From: Fibrobacterota bacterium
Lineage (GTDB): Bacteria > Fibrobacterota > Fibrobacteria > UBA11236
Assembly: GCA_043753995.1 (NCBI GenBank)
Contig: JAYUVP010000165.1
Coordinates: 1-12,045, forward strand
Reading direction: 5' to 3'
Length of the DNA: 12,045 nucleotides
Part shown: positions 1-7,386 of the stretch, in pieces
Layout: every line of letters begins with the position of its first letter
Numbering within the stretch: the first letter of the stretch is position 1
Program-made: the position numbers and the translations under genes
The notes under the pieces: generated by a model
Told to the model about the DNA's origin: nothing
The model's database searches: none
Seen by the model: only the letters and a program-made list of their open reading frames with translations

Positions 1-806
1 TAAAGGCTAGCCGGAAACCAAACCAACCCGCCACCGGCGGCAGGGATGACGCTGGCGAAAATCATCAGCACACCGAGAAAAATGGGAGCGTGCAAACCCA
101 CGGCCCAAAACAAAATGGCACCAATCGCGCCTTGTATGATTCCGATGACCAAAATGCCTTTCAAGGTGGCTTTGGAGACGGTCAGAAATTGCTGTAGGAG
201 CAAGCGCTCATGATCGTCGCGCAAGGGCGACCAGCGAATCAATCGGGCCAGCATGCGCTCGCCGTCCATGTAGAAGTAAAACATCATGAAAAGCATCAAG
301 AAAAAGCTGACCAAATTGCCCGCCAGAGTCAGCGAAACATTGGCGCCTTGGCTGAGCAAGTATTGTAGAGCATTCCGCATTCCATTCAGGGCCGCATTGA
401 TGATGTCTTGGGGATTGATGCGGGAGAAAAGCGAGGGATAATCAGACTGGATTTTGTGAAAGGTGCCGACCAAATAGTCTCGCACCGCATCGGGTTGAAA
501 ATGGCTGACGAATAACGAGGCTTCCTGGTAGGCCACAATCCCCAGGGCTATCAAAGGAATGACGGCAACGAGAATCAGTAGCAAAAGGGTCACGCTACTG
601 GCCAGCACGGGACGCTTCAATCGCTTCAGCCAATAACTGTAAATAGGGTAGGTGAGGCCGGTAAATACGGCGGCCATGAGCAAGGTCATGGCAAATCCTT
701 TGAGCATGAAAAGAAAAACCCCGGTGACCGTCACCAAGAAAAACAGGAAAGCGATTTTTTGGAATCGTGTCGGAGTGTCGGTAGGCAAGGGTTGGGAAGC
801 GGTCAT
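1..806 (-). CDS. AI-2E family (PerM/YhhT-like) membrane transporter, 3' end truncated by window edge
   Basis: Manual reverse-strand translation from ATG at 806: MTASQPLPTDTPTRFQKIAFLFFLVTVTGVFLFMLKGFAMTLLMAAVFTGLTYPIYSYWLKRL...; near the edge SKATLKGILVIGIIQGAIGAILFWAVGLHAPIFLGVLMIFASVIPAAGGGLVWFPASL. Multiple TM helices plus the 'QG...IPxxGxxLVWxP' pattern typical of AI-2E. Not in the ORF track, presumably because its stop lies outside the window. Confidence 0.9.
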   Translation of the reverse strand, partial: MTASQPLPTDTPTRFQKIAFLFFLVTVTGVFLFMLKGFAMTLLMAAVFTGLTYPIYSYWLKRLKRPVLASSVTLLLLILVAVIPLIALGIVAYQEASLFVSHFQPDAVRDYLVGTFHKIQSDYPSLFSRINPQDIINAALNGMRNALQYLLSQGANVSLTLAGNLVSFFLMLFMMFYFYMDGERMLARLIRWSPLRDDHERLLLQQFLTVSKATLKGILVIGIIQGAIGAILFWAVGLHAPIFLGVLMIFASVIPAAGGGLVWFPASL

Positions 807-903
807 ACAGGACAAAATGGATAAGCGGGAAGGCACTTTCAATTAGCTTTTCAGGAAGAAGACGAAACAGATCGCCCTCGAAATCCCTTTTTCCCCTGAC
901 AGC

Positions 904-1866
904 ATGGAAACGGCCGCAGCCTTCTCCCCTAAAGACGCCATCAAAAAGGTGGGGCGTGGCCGCACCCTATCGCAAGACTTGACCTATGACGAAGGCCTGG
1001 CCGCTTTTCGCCTTTTGCTGGAAGGTGGATTCACTGCTGCCCAGGCTGGCGCCTTTCTTCAAGCATTGCGGATCAAGGAACTCACTCAGGACGAACTGAA
1101 TGCCCTGGTCGCCACGATCTACGAGCGGGGACGGTTCTTGCCAGACTTGGCTGCTAAGCCCGATATGACGGTGAATGTCGCTTCGGATACGGGCCGCAAA
1201 GGCGGCCTTTTGGCCCTATTGGCCGCCAAGGTGCTCGTGAAACAAGGTTCTACCCTCGCCTTAGTGCGCAGTACTCCCGTCATGTCGGGCAATGAGACCA
1301 CCTTCACCAAAACCGCAACCTTAGGTCTTTGGCCTGACCGGCTTCTCACCGTGCATATCGACGACTGGATGCCGAATTGGTCGGCCCTGGCTGGTTTGCG
1401 TGCCGAATTAGGCTTTCGTTCATGCCTTCATACGGCGGAAAAATTGATTCAACCTTGGCCTGAGGCTCCCGTACTTTTAGGCATCAGCCATCGCCACTAT
1501 GCGGATAGGCTTGCGGCGGCCATGCAATTTCAAGGATTGCACGGGGTCATTGCCCTCGGCAATCACGGCACGGTCGATCTCGTTTTGCATAAGCCCACCG
1601 AGGTCGTTCGGGTGCGACCAGCCGGGGTGGATACCCATTTCATCGCTCCCGACATGGGCGGACTGAAACCCGACGGAAGCATTTACAGTCTGGCGCGATT
1701 CGCGGAATGGCCCGCCTTTATGCAAGGATCATGGCCCCAGGGGTTTGCCGACGCCTTGATTTTGCAGACGGCATTTTTGGCTTGGTGCCAAGGCCTAGGC
1801 GAAAGCGTTGAGGCGCTCTTGCCATCGGCCAAGTCCTGGGTGCATGCTTGGGGAGAGGGTTCATGA
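904..1866 (+). CDS. YbiB/TrpD2-like protein (anthranilate phosphoribosyltransferase / glycosyl transferase family 3 fold)
   Basis: N-terminus IKKVGRGRTLSQDL...GAFLQALRIKE matches the YbiB-type helical domain (IKEIGRG...DL...LIALRIKGE). LRAELGFRSCLHTAEKLIQP...ISHRHY matches the family core. The GTGGD and KHG motifs of true TrpD are absent. Confidence 0.8.
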   Translation: METAAAFSPKDAIKKVGRGRTLSQDLTYDEGLAAFRLLLEGGFTAAQAGAFLQALRIKELTQDELNALVATIYERGRFLPDLAAKPDMTVNVASDTGRKGGLLALLAAKVLVKQGSTLALVRSTPVMSGNETTFTKTATLGLWPDRLLTVHIDDWMPNWSALAGLRAELGFRSCLHTAEKLIQPWPEAPVLLGISHRHYADRLAAAMQFQGLHGVIALGNHGTVDLVLHKPTEVVRVRPAGVDTHFIAPDMGGLKPDGSIYSLARFAEWPAFMQGSWPQGFADALILQTAFLAWCQGLGESVEALLPSAKSWVHAWGEGS

Positions 1867-3245
1867 ACGAAAATCCGATCGCGGCCAAACGCAAAAGCAA
1901 TGGGGGTGACCCCAAGCCCCGTAACGCACCTGTTTCCCACCCGGTGCAGACCATACGTGAGGTTTTCGGCTATTTACGCCGTTATAAAGGCCAGGTCTTC
2001 GTTCTAAAGGTCGACGACACCTTATTGGGCAAGCCGCTTTTCTCCCTGCTCATCAAGGACATTGTGCTGCTGCAAAATGCGGGCATCCAGGTGGTCTTAG
2101 TGCCCGGTGCAAAGCAAAGCATCGATCAAGTGCTTGCCACCTATGCCGTCGCAGCTCCGATGCAAGGCACGACGCGCATTACGCCGCAAGAGGCTATGCC
2201 TTTGGTGAAATTGGGCGCATCCAATGTGACCAATGTGCTGATTTCCCTGCTGTCGGAAAACGAAGCCCATGGGGTGGTCGGGAACTGGGTGCGGGCGCGC
2301 GCCATGGGGGTTTTGGCCGGCGTGGATTATAAGCAAACGGGACGCGTCGAAAAAGTGAATGTGCAGCTCATTCGCAATATGCTGGAGGATGGCCTTATCC
2401 CCATCATTCCGAATATTGGTTGGAATGTGGTGGGCCGCGATTATAATCTCAACAGCAATGAATTGGCTGTGGCCGTGGCCAAAGCCCTGCAAGCCTCTAA
2501 ACTCTTTTTCATCGGCGTCGATGGCGGCATTCCCGTGGTCGAGGGCTGCCCCTTCGTCGAGCCTCAAGAATTGAAATCGGGTCTATTCTCCAATCTCGAT
2601 CCCGAAGAGGGCCGCGCGCTTTTGGCGTCCTTCGGCACGCAATTACAGCCCCAGCACCGCGAATTGATTTCCCTGGCTCTTCAGGCTTGCGAAGCCGGCG
2701 TTGAGCGCGTGCACCTCATTGATGGCTCTAAAGACGGCATTTTATTACGGGAGGTCTTTTCCTCAGTGGGCCTCGGTACCATGATCTATGCCAAGGAATA
2801 CGATCATATTCATCCTGCGGGTGCCCAGGACATCCCCGAAATCTTGCGTATCATGCAACCCTATGTCGAGGACGGAATTCTAGTGCAACGCTCCGCCGAA
2901 TCGGTAGGGGAAGAGCTAGACAACTATTTTGTCTATCGCTTGGACGATGCGGTTCAGGCCTGTTGCGCCATCCGCATGCATGACACCGAACGCAGCGCTG
3001 AAATTTATTCCCTGGCCGTCGATCCCATATATTCCGGTAAAGGCATTGGCCATCGCATTGTCTCTTTTCTTCTGGAAAGGGCCAAACGATCCGGCGCCAA
3101 ACAGGCCTTTTTATTGACCACGCAGACCAGCGACTTTTTTATGCGCCTCGGATTTAAAGAGGCAGGGCGAGATGTTTTACCCATTGAAAAGCAAGCAGCC
3201 TACAATACGGATCGAAATTCGCGAGTCTTACTGCGCGAGTTTTAA
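1863..3245 (+). CDS. argA: Amino-acid N-acetyltransferase (N-acetylglutamate synthase, AAK + GNAT domains)
   Basis: AAK-like N-domain (YLRRYKGQVFVLK, GVDYKQTGRVEKV, ALQASKLFFI, RVHLIDGSKDGILLREVFSSVGLGTMI) and C-terminal GNAT (AEIYSLAVDPIYSGKGIG, LLTTQTSDFFMRLGF, YNTDRNSRVL). Start placed at 1863 because ATGA overlaps the upstream stop (1863-1866). Confidence 0.93.
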   Translation: MNENPIAAKRKSNGGDPKPRNAPVSHPVQTIREVFGYLRRYKGQVFVLKVDDTLLGKPLFSLLIKDIVLLQNAGIQVVLVPGAKQSIDQVLATYAVAAPMQGTTRITPQEAMPLVKLGASNVTNVLISLLSENEAHGVVGNWVRARAMGVLAGVDYKQTGRVEKVNVQLIRNMLEDGLIPIIPNIGWNVVGRDYNLNSNELAVAVAKALQASKLFFIGVDGGIPVVEGCPFVEPQELKSGLFSNLDPEEGRALLASFGTQLQPQHRELISLALQACEAGVERVHLIDGSKDGILLREVFSSVGLGTMIYAKEYDHIHPAGAQDIPEILRIMQPYVEDGILVQRSAESVGEELDNYFVYRLDDAVQACCAIRMHDTERSAEIYSLAVDPIYSGKGIGHRIVSFLLERAKRSGAKQAFLLTTQTSDFFMRLGFKEAGRDVLPIEKQAAYNTDRNSRVLLREF

Positions 3246-3254
3246 GTTTGACTT

Positions 3255-3779
3255 TTATTTGAGTTCGCGGTCGAGTACGCTGACGATGAAGCGTTCTAGA
3301 CTGATGGGGTAATAGCGTGGAGCAGGGCACCAAATCACGCCCATATTGATAACCTCGCCACGATTCAATTCGTCAATCACCTTATCGAGCAATTCTTCGC
3401 CGGGAAGTGAAAGCTTTTCGACGGTAAGATGCTCATTGCGAATCCGGTGATTGCGGCGATAAGCGGCGCTGAAACCGAAAACACGACCCACCAGGCGGCG
3501 GTCCATAAAAGGCGTTTCTTCAGGAAAGATTTCCGCGAAACGTTCGTCATTGGGATTGATGGTCATCACCAATTTGGGACTCACGGTAATCTTGCCGGTC
3601 AGCTTGAGTGAACCCGAGCCAAATTCGGCTTCGCCTTCTTCGTCATTAGGACCGATCAAGGTGAAAGGCAAGGTATGATAACCTGCGACAAAACCCGTCA
3701 CAGGAGAACGGGCAATGCGCGTGGCTTGAAAAACCTCGCGGGTCTCGTCGGGATTGGCGTCGGGGAATAAATCAGACAT
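3255..3779 (-). CDS. Hypothetical protein, 174 aa, predicted soluble
   Basis: Fills the gap between argA (convergent, 9 bp apart) and comEC (20 bp upstream, same strand). Globular-looking composition, no TM segment or signal peptide, no motif I can name. Confidence 0.8.
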   Translation of the reverse strand: MSDLFPDANPDETREVFQATRIARSPVTGFVAGYHTLPFTLIGPNDEEGEAEFGSGSLKLTGKITVSPKLVMTINPNDERFAEIFPEETPFMDRRLVGRVFGFSAAYRRNHRIRNEHLTVEKLSLPGEELLDKVIDELNRGEVINMGVIWCPAPRYYPISLERFIVSVLDRELK

Positions 3780-3799
3780 GGTATTAAAGGCGCCTTAAT

Positions 3800-6187
3800 C
3801 TACATCGTCTCGCCGCGGAAAACGCTCCAAGTGGCATGGCGCGTATCGGCGTTTAGGATCAAAGCACCGTGGACCGCGGTCAAATAAGTCTTAGCTCCAA
3901 TGCGCTCCAAGGTGGCGAGGGTAGATGGACCGGGATGCCCGAATTTATTGGCCTTTCCGGCCGAGATAAGGGCAATTTCCGGACGCATGCGCGCCAAGGC
4001 CGCGGTATCACCGGTTCGATCGCTTCCATGATGGGGAATGATTAACCAAAGTGGTTTTTTGGGTTTGGTTTTAGACCACATTTCTACGCTATCGGCGAGG
4101 GTATTTTCCACCCGTGACTCGATGTCGCCGGGAATAACCAACCTTGCCTGAGGTCCTTCGAGAATCAAGACTGAAGAGCCATTATTGCGTGATACCTCGG
4201 TCCCGATATGCAAATCCAAGGTACGGAGACTCCAAGGCCCATAATTCAATAGGGTTTGTCCCGGCTGAATGGGCCCCATGGGAATGCCGTTTTCCACCAG
4301 TTTGTCGGCGATGCCGGGCCACAAGCCATCGTCCGGCCAAGGCCCACCTATGCCAACTTGACCAATAGGTATTTCGCCAATGAGGCTGATAAGGCCTCCG
4401 ACATGATCGGCATCGCCGTGGCTGAGAAAAACTGCATCAAGTCGATTATAGCCCTGGTCGCGCAAGGTGGGAAGCAAGGCCCTGAATCCGGCATCAGGTC
4501 TTTGCGGACCGGCATCGAATAATAGGGTTTTATCTGCCAAAGTGATGAGGACGGCCTGACCTTGTCCCACATCAAGCACATGCACGGCTAACCTTGGATT
4601 TAGGGTTTCGTATCCCTGTCGAAAGGCCCATACGGAAACACCGAGAATTAGAATCCCCAAACTAATGGAGCGGCGCGCATTCGCCGGGATAAAGGGCCAG
4701 AGTAATGCCAAGGTGACCCAGAGAAAACTCAGGGCCAAGGGCCAGGCGGGCAAAATGAGTAGCCCACTTTTCCATTGGGCTAAGGTATGCACTGTGGTTT
4801 GAAGGGCCCAAGCAAAAAATCCGGTGGCTGTTCCCATCCAATCCGCGCCAATAGGAAAGAAGGCCAGGGATGCCGTGAGAATGGCGCCAGTTAAAAGTCC
4901 GCTGCCCAAGGGAACGGTGATAAGATTGGCTAATGGCGCCACCGGCATTATCACATGGGATGTAGAGGCAATAATGGGTAAGGTTGCCAGGGTGACCGCC
5001 ACGCTGAGGGCGATTGCCGCTATCGCGAGGCGACCTATTTGCCCCACCCGACCGGGAAGACGCCTGGGTGAAATACATTGCTCTGCAAGCCTTTCGCTGG
5101 ACTTCACATGCATGAGCAAGGCCAGGGTAGCCAGATAAGAAAGTTGCCATCCCACCTGCGAAATCGACTCCGGTTCCAGGGCTAGACTCAATCCTGCCGA
5201 CACCGAAAGGCTGGTCCAGGGGCTCACCGGTCGGCGTAATATTATTGGCGGTAATATCAACCAAAACATCCAAATGCTGCGCACCACGCTGGCTGAATTT
5301 CCCGTTGCGGGTCCATAAAGGATGAGCCCCAAGGCAATCGCTCCGCAGGCGATTTGCTTAGGCATCCGTATCAGGTGGAAGGCTTGGATTCCAATGGCGG
5401 CAGCGAGGGCTATATGCTGGCCGCTAATGGCGAGAATGTGAAGCATGCCGGTATTTTGAAAATCACGTTTGACGCTGGGGTCTAAGCCTTTCATGTCCCC
5501 CAGGACGGTGGAACGAACCAAGGCTTGGCAGCGCGGAGGCACATGGCGCTGAATGATGGCTGTTAATTCGCGACGCAGAGTAAGGGTCGTTCTCCAAAGT
5601 AGGCCAGGATTTTTCAGAATGACCAGGCTATCGATTTGCAGGACCGCACGTATACCCAGGCTTTGTAACCATCGCTTTTCACTGAAGCCGCCGGGATTGC
5701 CTGCCTCTGATGCCGCATCCAATTGCCCCTTCCATTGAATTCGGCTTCCCGGTTCGGGACAAAATTGGGATTCTTTCAGCTTGAGTAATACCAAGCCCAT
5801 GGATTGGGCTTGGGCAATACATGTCGGAGGCTGCTCACGCATGGGAAAATTGGCGACGACGCCCTCGGTGACAGCTTGGCTTTGTTGCAAGGTGAGAGGC
5901 TTGGGTGTGATCCAGGCCACGCGACAAGCCACTGCTCCGAAGCCCAATAAAAGAGCGAAACGCAAATTGTTTCGTCGCGGTGCGCTTATCCAGGCCGTGA
6001 ATAAAGCTCCCAGTAAACCCCAAGGTGGAGAAATGACGGCTGCTAGAGTTCCCCAAAATAAAGGCTGCACCCACCACATGGCAGGTTCGGCGCGACAAAG
6101 TCGAAAAGCTTTTTTTTGTTGGGACGCGCCCCATTCTAAAAGGCAATCGACTTTTGGACCTGGTACTAGAGGTCGAGGTAAGCGCAT
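3800..6187 (-). CDS. comEC: DNA internalization competence protein ComEC/Rec2 (OB/DUF4131 + Competence + metallo-beta-lactamase domains)
   Basis: NPGGFSEKRWL, GMLHILAISGQH, SVVRS, VGWQLSYLAT, PLANL, then MBL motifs LDVGQG, SHGDADHVGG, NNGSSVL, PGDIE, PHHGS, ISAGKANKFGHP. Exact start uncertain (6187 versus a downstream start such as 6079). Confidence 0.95.
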   Translation of the reverse strand: MRLPRPLVPGPKVDCLLEWGASQQKKAFRLCRAEPAMWWVQPLFWGTLAAVISPPWGLLGALFTAWISAPRRNNLRFALLLGFGAVACRVAWITPKPLTLQQSQAVTEGVVANFPMREQPPTCIAQAQSMGLVLLKLKESQFCPEPGSRIQWKGQLDAASEAGNPGGFSEKRWLQSLGIRAVLQIDSLVILKNPGLLWRTTLTLRRELTAIIQRHVPPRCQALVRSTVLGDMKGLDPSVKRDFQNTGMLHILAISGQHIALAAAIGIQAFHLIRMPKQIACGAIALGLILYGPATGNSASVVRSIWMFWLILPPIILRRPVSPWTSLSVSAGLSLALEPESISQVGWQLSYLATLALLMHVKSSERLAEQCISPRRLPGRVGQIGRLAIAAIALSVAVTLATLPIIASTSHVIMPVAPLANLITVPLGSGLLTGAILTASLAFFPIGADWMGTATGFFAWALQTTVHTLAQWKSGLLILPAWPLALSFLWVTLALLWPFIPANARRSISLGILILGVSVWAFRQGYETLNPRLAVHVLDVGQGQAVLITLADKTLLFDAGPQRPDAGFRALLPTLRDQGYNRLDAVFLSHGDADHVGGLISLIGEIPIGQVGIGGPWPDDGLWPGIADKLVENGIPMGPIQPGQTLLNYGPWSLRTLDLHIGTEVSRNNGSSVLILEGPQARLVIPGDIESRVENTLADSVEMWSKTKPKKPLWLIIPHHGSDRTGDTAALARMRPEIALISAGKANKFGHPGPSTLATLERIGAKTYLTAVHGALILNADTRHATWSVFRGETM

Positions 6188-6263
6188 GCCGCGAACTTAA
6201 GCAGAGCGCACCCTTGGAATTGTATCCGCCATCACGTCGGCGTAATAAGAAAAGAAATGGGAT

Positions 6264-6299
6264 AAAAAAAGGCCGATCGAGTTTCCTCGATCGGCCTTT
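6264..6299 (-). terminator. Intrinsic (Rho-independent) terminator of the HU gene
   Basis: Perfect 14-bp inverted repeat aaaggccgatcgag (6268-6281) / ctcgatcggccttt (6286-6299). GAAA tetraloop on the minus strand, U7 tract (A7 at 6264-6270), 25 nt after the HU stop. Confidence 0.92.
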
Positions 6300-6324
6300 C
6301 ACCGCGATGACGCGCGGAAAGAGC

Positions 6325-6645
6325 TTACTTCTTGCCTTTTTTAGCGGCCTTCTTAGGAGCGGCGCCGCCAATGGCTTCCTTTGCGGCCTTGGCCACACGG
6401 AACTTCACCACCTTCTTGGCGGGGATTTTGATTTGTTCGCCGGTAGCGGGATTGCGGCCAATGCGAGCCTTGCGGTTCACCAAGACCAATTTGCCCAGGC
6501 CGGGAACGGTGAAGCCGTTCTTGGCGCTCTTGTAAGCCAATTCGGCTTGAGCGGTGAAAAAGCCGCGAACTTGCACCTTGGTGAAGCCAGTGACCTTGGA
6601 GAGTGCGTCGACGATTTGGCTCTGGGTGAGGGCTTTGTCTGCCAT
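6325..6645 (-). CDS. hup: HU-family (HU/IHF-like) nucleoid-associated DNA-binding protein, 106 aa
   Basis: MADKALTQSQIVDALS...VPGLGKLVLVNRKARIGRNPATGEQIKIPAKKVVKFR is the HU signature. Start at 6645 is preceded by SD-like AAAGGA; the ORF-track start at 6723 looks over-extended. Confidence 0.95.
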   Translation of the reverse strand: MADKALTQSQIVDALSKVTGFTKVQVRGFFTAQAELAYKSAKNGFTVPGLGKLVLVNRKARIGRNPATGEQIKIPAKKVVKFRVAKAAKEAIGGAAPKKAAKKGKK

Positions 6646-6650
6646 GCATC

Positions 6651-6660
6651 CATCCTTTCT
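6651..6660 (-). promoter_or_regulatory. Shine-Dalgarno site of HU gene
   Basis: Minus strand reads AGAAAGGATGGATGC-ATG. Confidence 0.7.
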
Positions 6661-6713
6661 AAGGAGTAAATCTGTGTGTGTAAAGGCCACATGCGTTCTG
6701 CATGTTGTCCCTA

Positions 6714-6742
6714 CACATAGCAATAATCCTCAATGAATGCAA
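6714..6742 (-). promoter_or_regulatory. Possible sigma70-type promoter for HU gene
   Basis: Minus strand TTGCAT (6742-6737), 17-nt spacer ending TGc, then TATGTG (6719-6714). The -10 element lacks the conserved final T. Confidence 0.35.
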
Positions 6743-6783
6743 TGAAAAGATCGCTGGAAGGCCCATGGAATAAGGCCGCGAGA

Positions 6784-6807
6784 GGGGGTCATTGGCATGT
6801 GTCCCCC
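6784..6807 (-). terminator. Weak GC-rich hairpin after the small lipoprotein gene
   Basis: ggggg (6784-6788) / ccccc (6803-6807) with an inner cat/atg pair, 8 nt after the stop at 6816. No good U tract. Confidence 0.3.
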
Positions 6808-6815
6808 GATTTTCA

Positions 6816-7208
6816 TCACGGTATATCGCCATCCACGCTTCTCACCACATCGGCTTTGAAGCGTAAACCGAAGCGCACATTTCCGCTTTTCGAATCCAGA
6901 TATTCCCAAATTGAATCTTGCGTATCTGATTGATCTATAACGGGATCCGAAGATTTTTCCCAGGAAACACCGAAGTTCTCTACGGCCGTACGATCGGGAT
7001 TGCCGACCAGAAAAACCACCAAGTGCTTGTTCATCCCTGGCGTCACCTTGCCGTCAATAAAGGCCTTGCGCACTTCCCAAGAAATTTCTGCGCCATAATT
7101 TTCGATATAGTCCTTTCGCTCCTCGGGATCGAGGGCGCCCTTTTTAGTGGGGCTGGAACTGCAAGCCGAAATAATCAGGAAGCAAGCCAGCCAAGCAGAT
7201 ATCTGCAA
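6816..7208 (-). CDS. Putative small lipoprotein, SmpA/OmlA (BamE)-like motif
   Basis: Hydrophobic stretch plus lipobox-like ISAC followed by SSSPTKK. GKVTPGMNKHLVVFLVGNPD...WEY resembles the 'GMtkxqVxxxlGxP...WxY' SmpA/BamE pattern. Start uncertain: TTG at 7208 follows AGGA, while the ORF track starts at 7313. Confidence 0.6.
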   Translation of the reverse strand: MQISAWLACFLIISACSSSPTKKGALDPEERKDYIENYGAEISWEVRKAFIDGKVTPGMNKHLVVFLVGNPDRTAVENFGVSWEKSSDPVIDQSDTQDSIWEYLDSKSGNVRFGLRFKADVVRSVDGDIP

Positions 7209-7321
7209 ACGGATTTCCTGAACTCTCTCTAAAAGGGAAAGGACGGGTAAAGGTGGACTTGGTAGTTTTGCGGTCGGGAGGCGGTTATGTTTCGGATAGC
7301 GCTGAGATTTCATGCGATTAT

Positions 7322-7350
7322 TTGCGTTCCTGTCTATCCTGGTTTACAAT
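7322..7350 (+). promoter_or_regulatory. Predicted sigma70 promoter for the metalloprotease gene
   Basis: TTGCGT (7322-7327), 17-nt spacer, TACAAT (7345-7350). It lies downstream of the ORF-track ATG at 7312, which favours a start at 7366 or 7387. Confidence 0.6.
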
Positions 7351-7386
7351 AAGGTACAGCAAAGCATGCCAAGCCTCTTCGAAATA

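Noticed and set aside
652..846. 64-aa plus-strand ORF
   Set aside because: Antisense to the AI-2E transporter gene, which explains the region.
807..903. SOS (LexA) box or ARG box upstream of the ybiB-like/argA pair
   Set aside because: No convincing palindrome matching the consensus sequences I know; gaaggcactttc is too weak.
6110..6117. A8 tract (minus strand) near the comEC 5' end as a phase-variation or frameshift site
   Set aside because: The comEC frame is already open through it, and 8-nt A/T runs occur elsewhere (e.g. near 8563-8570). Read-level length variation would be needed to support it.
4144..6398. Several 60-203 aa alternative-frame ORFs overlapping comEC
   Set aside because: They lie within or mostly over a well-supported gene and have no recognisable motifs.
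6154..6669. 171-aa plus-strand ORF and other short ORFs over the HU gene
   Set aside because: Antisense or off-frame shadows of the conserved HU gene; the long one also runs across the HU terminator.
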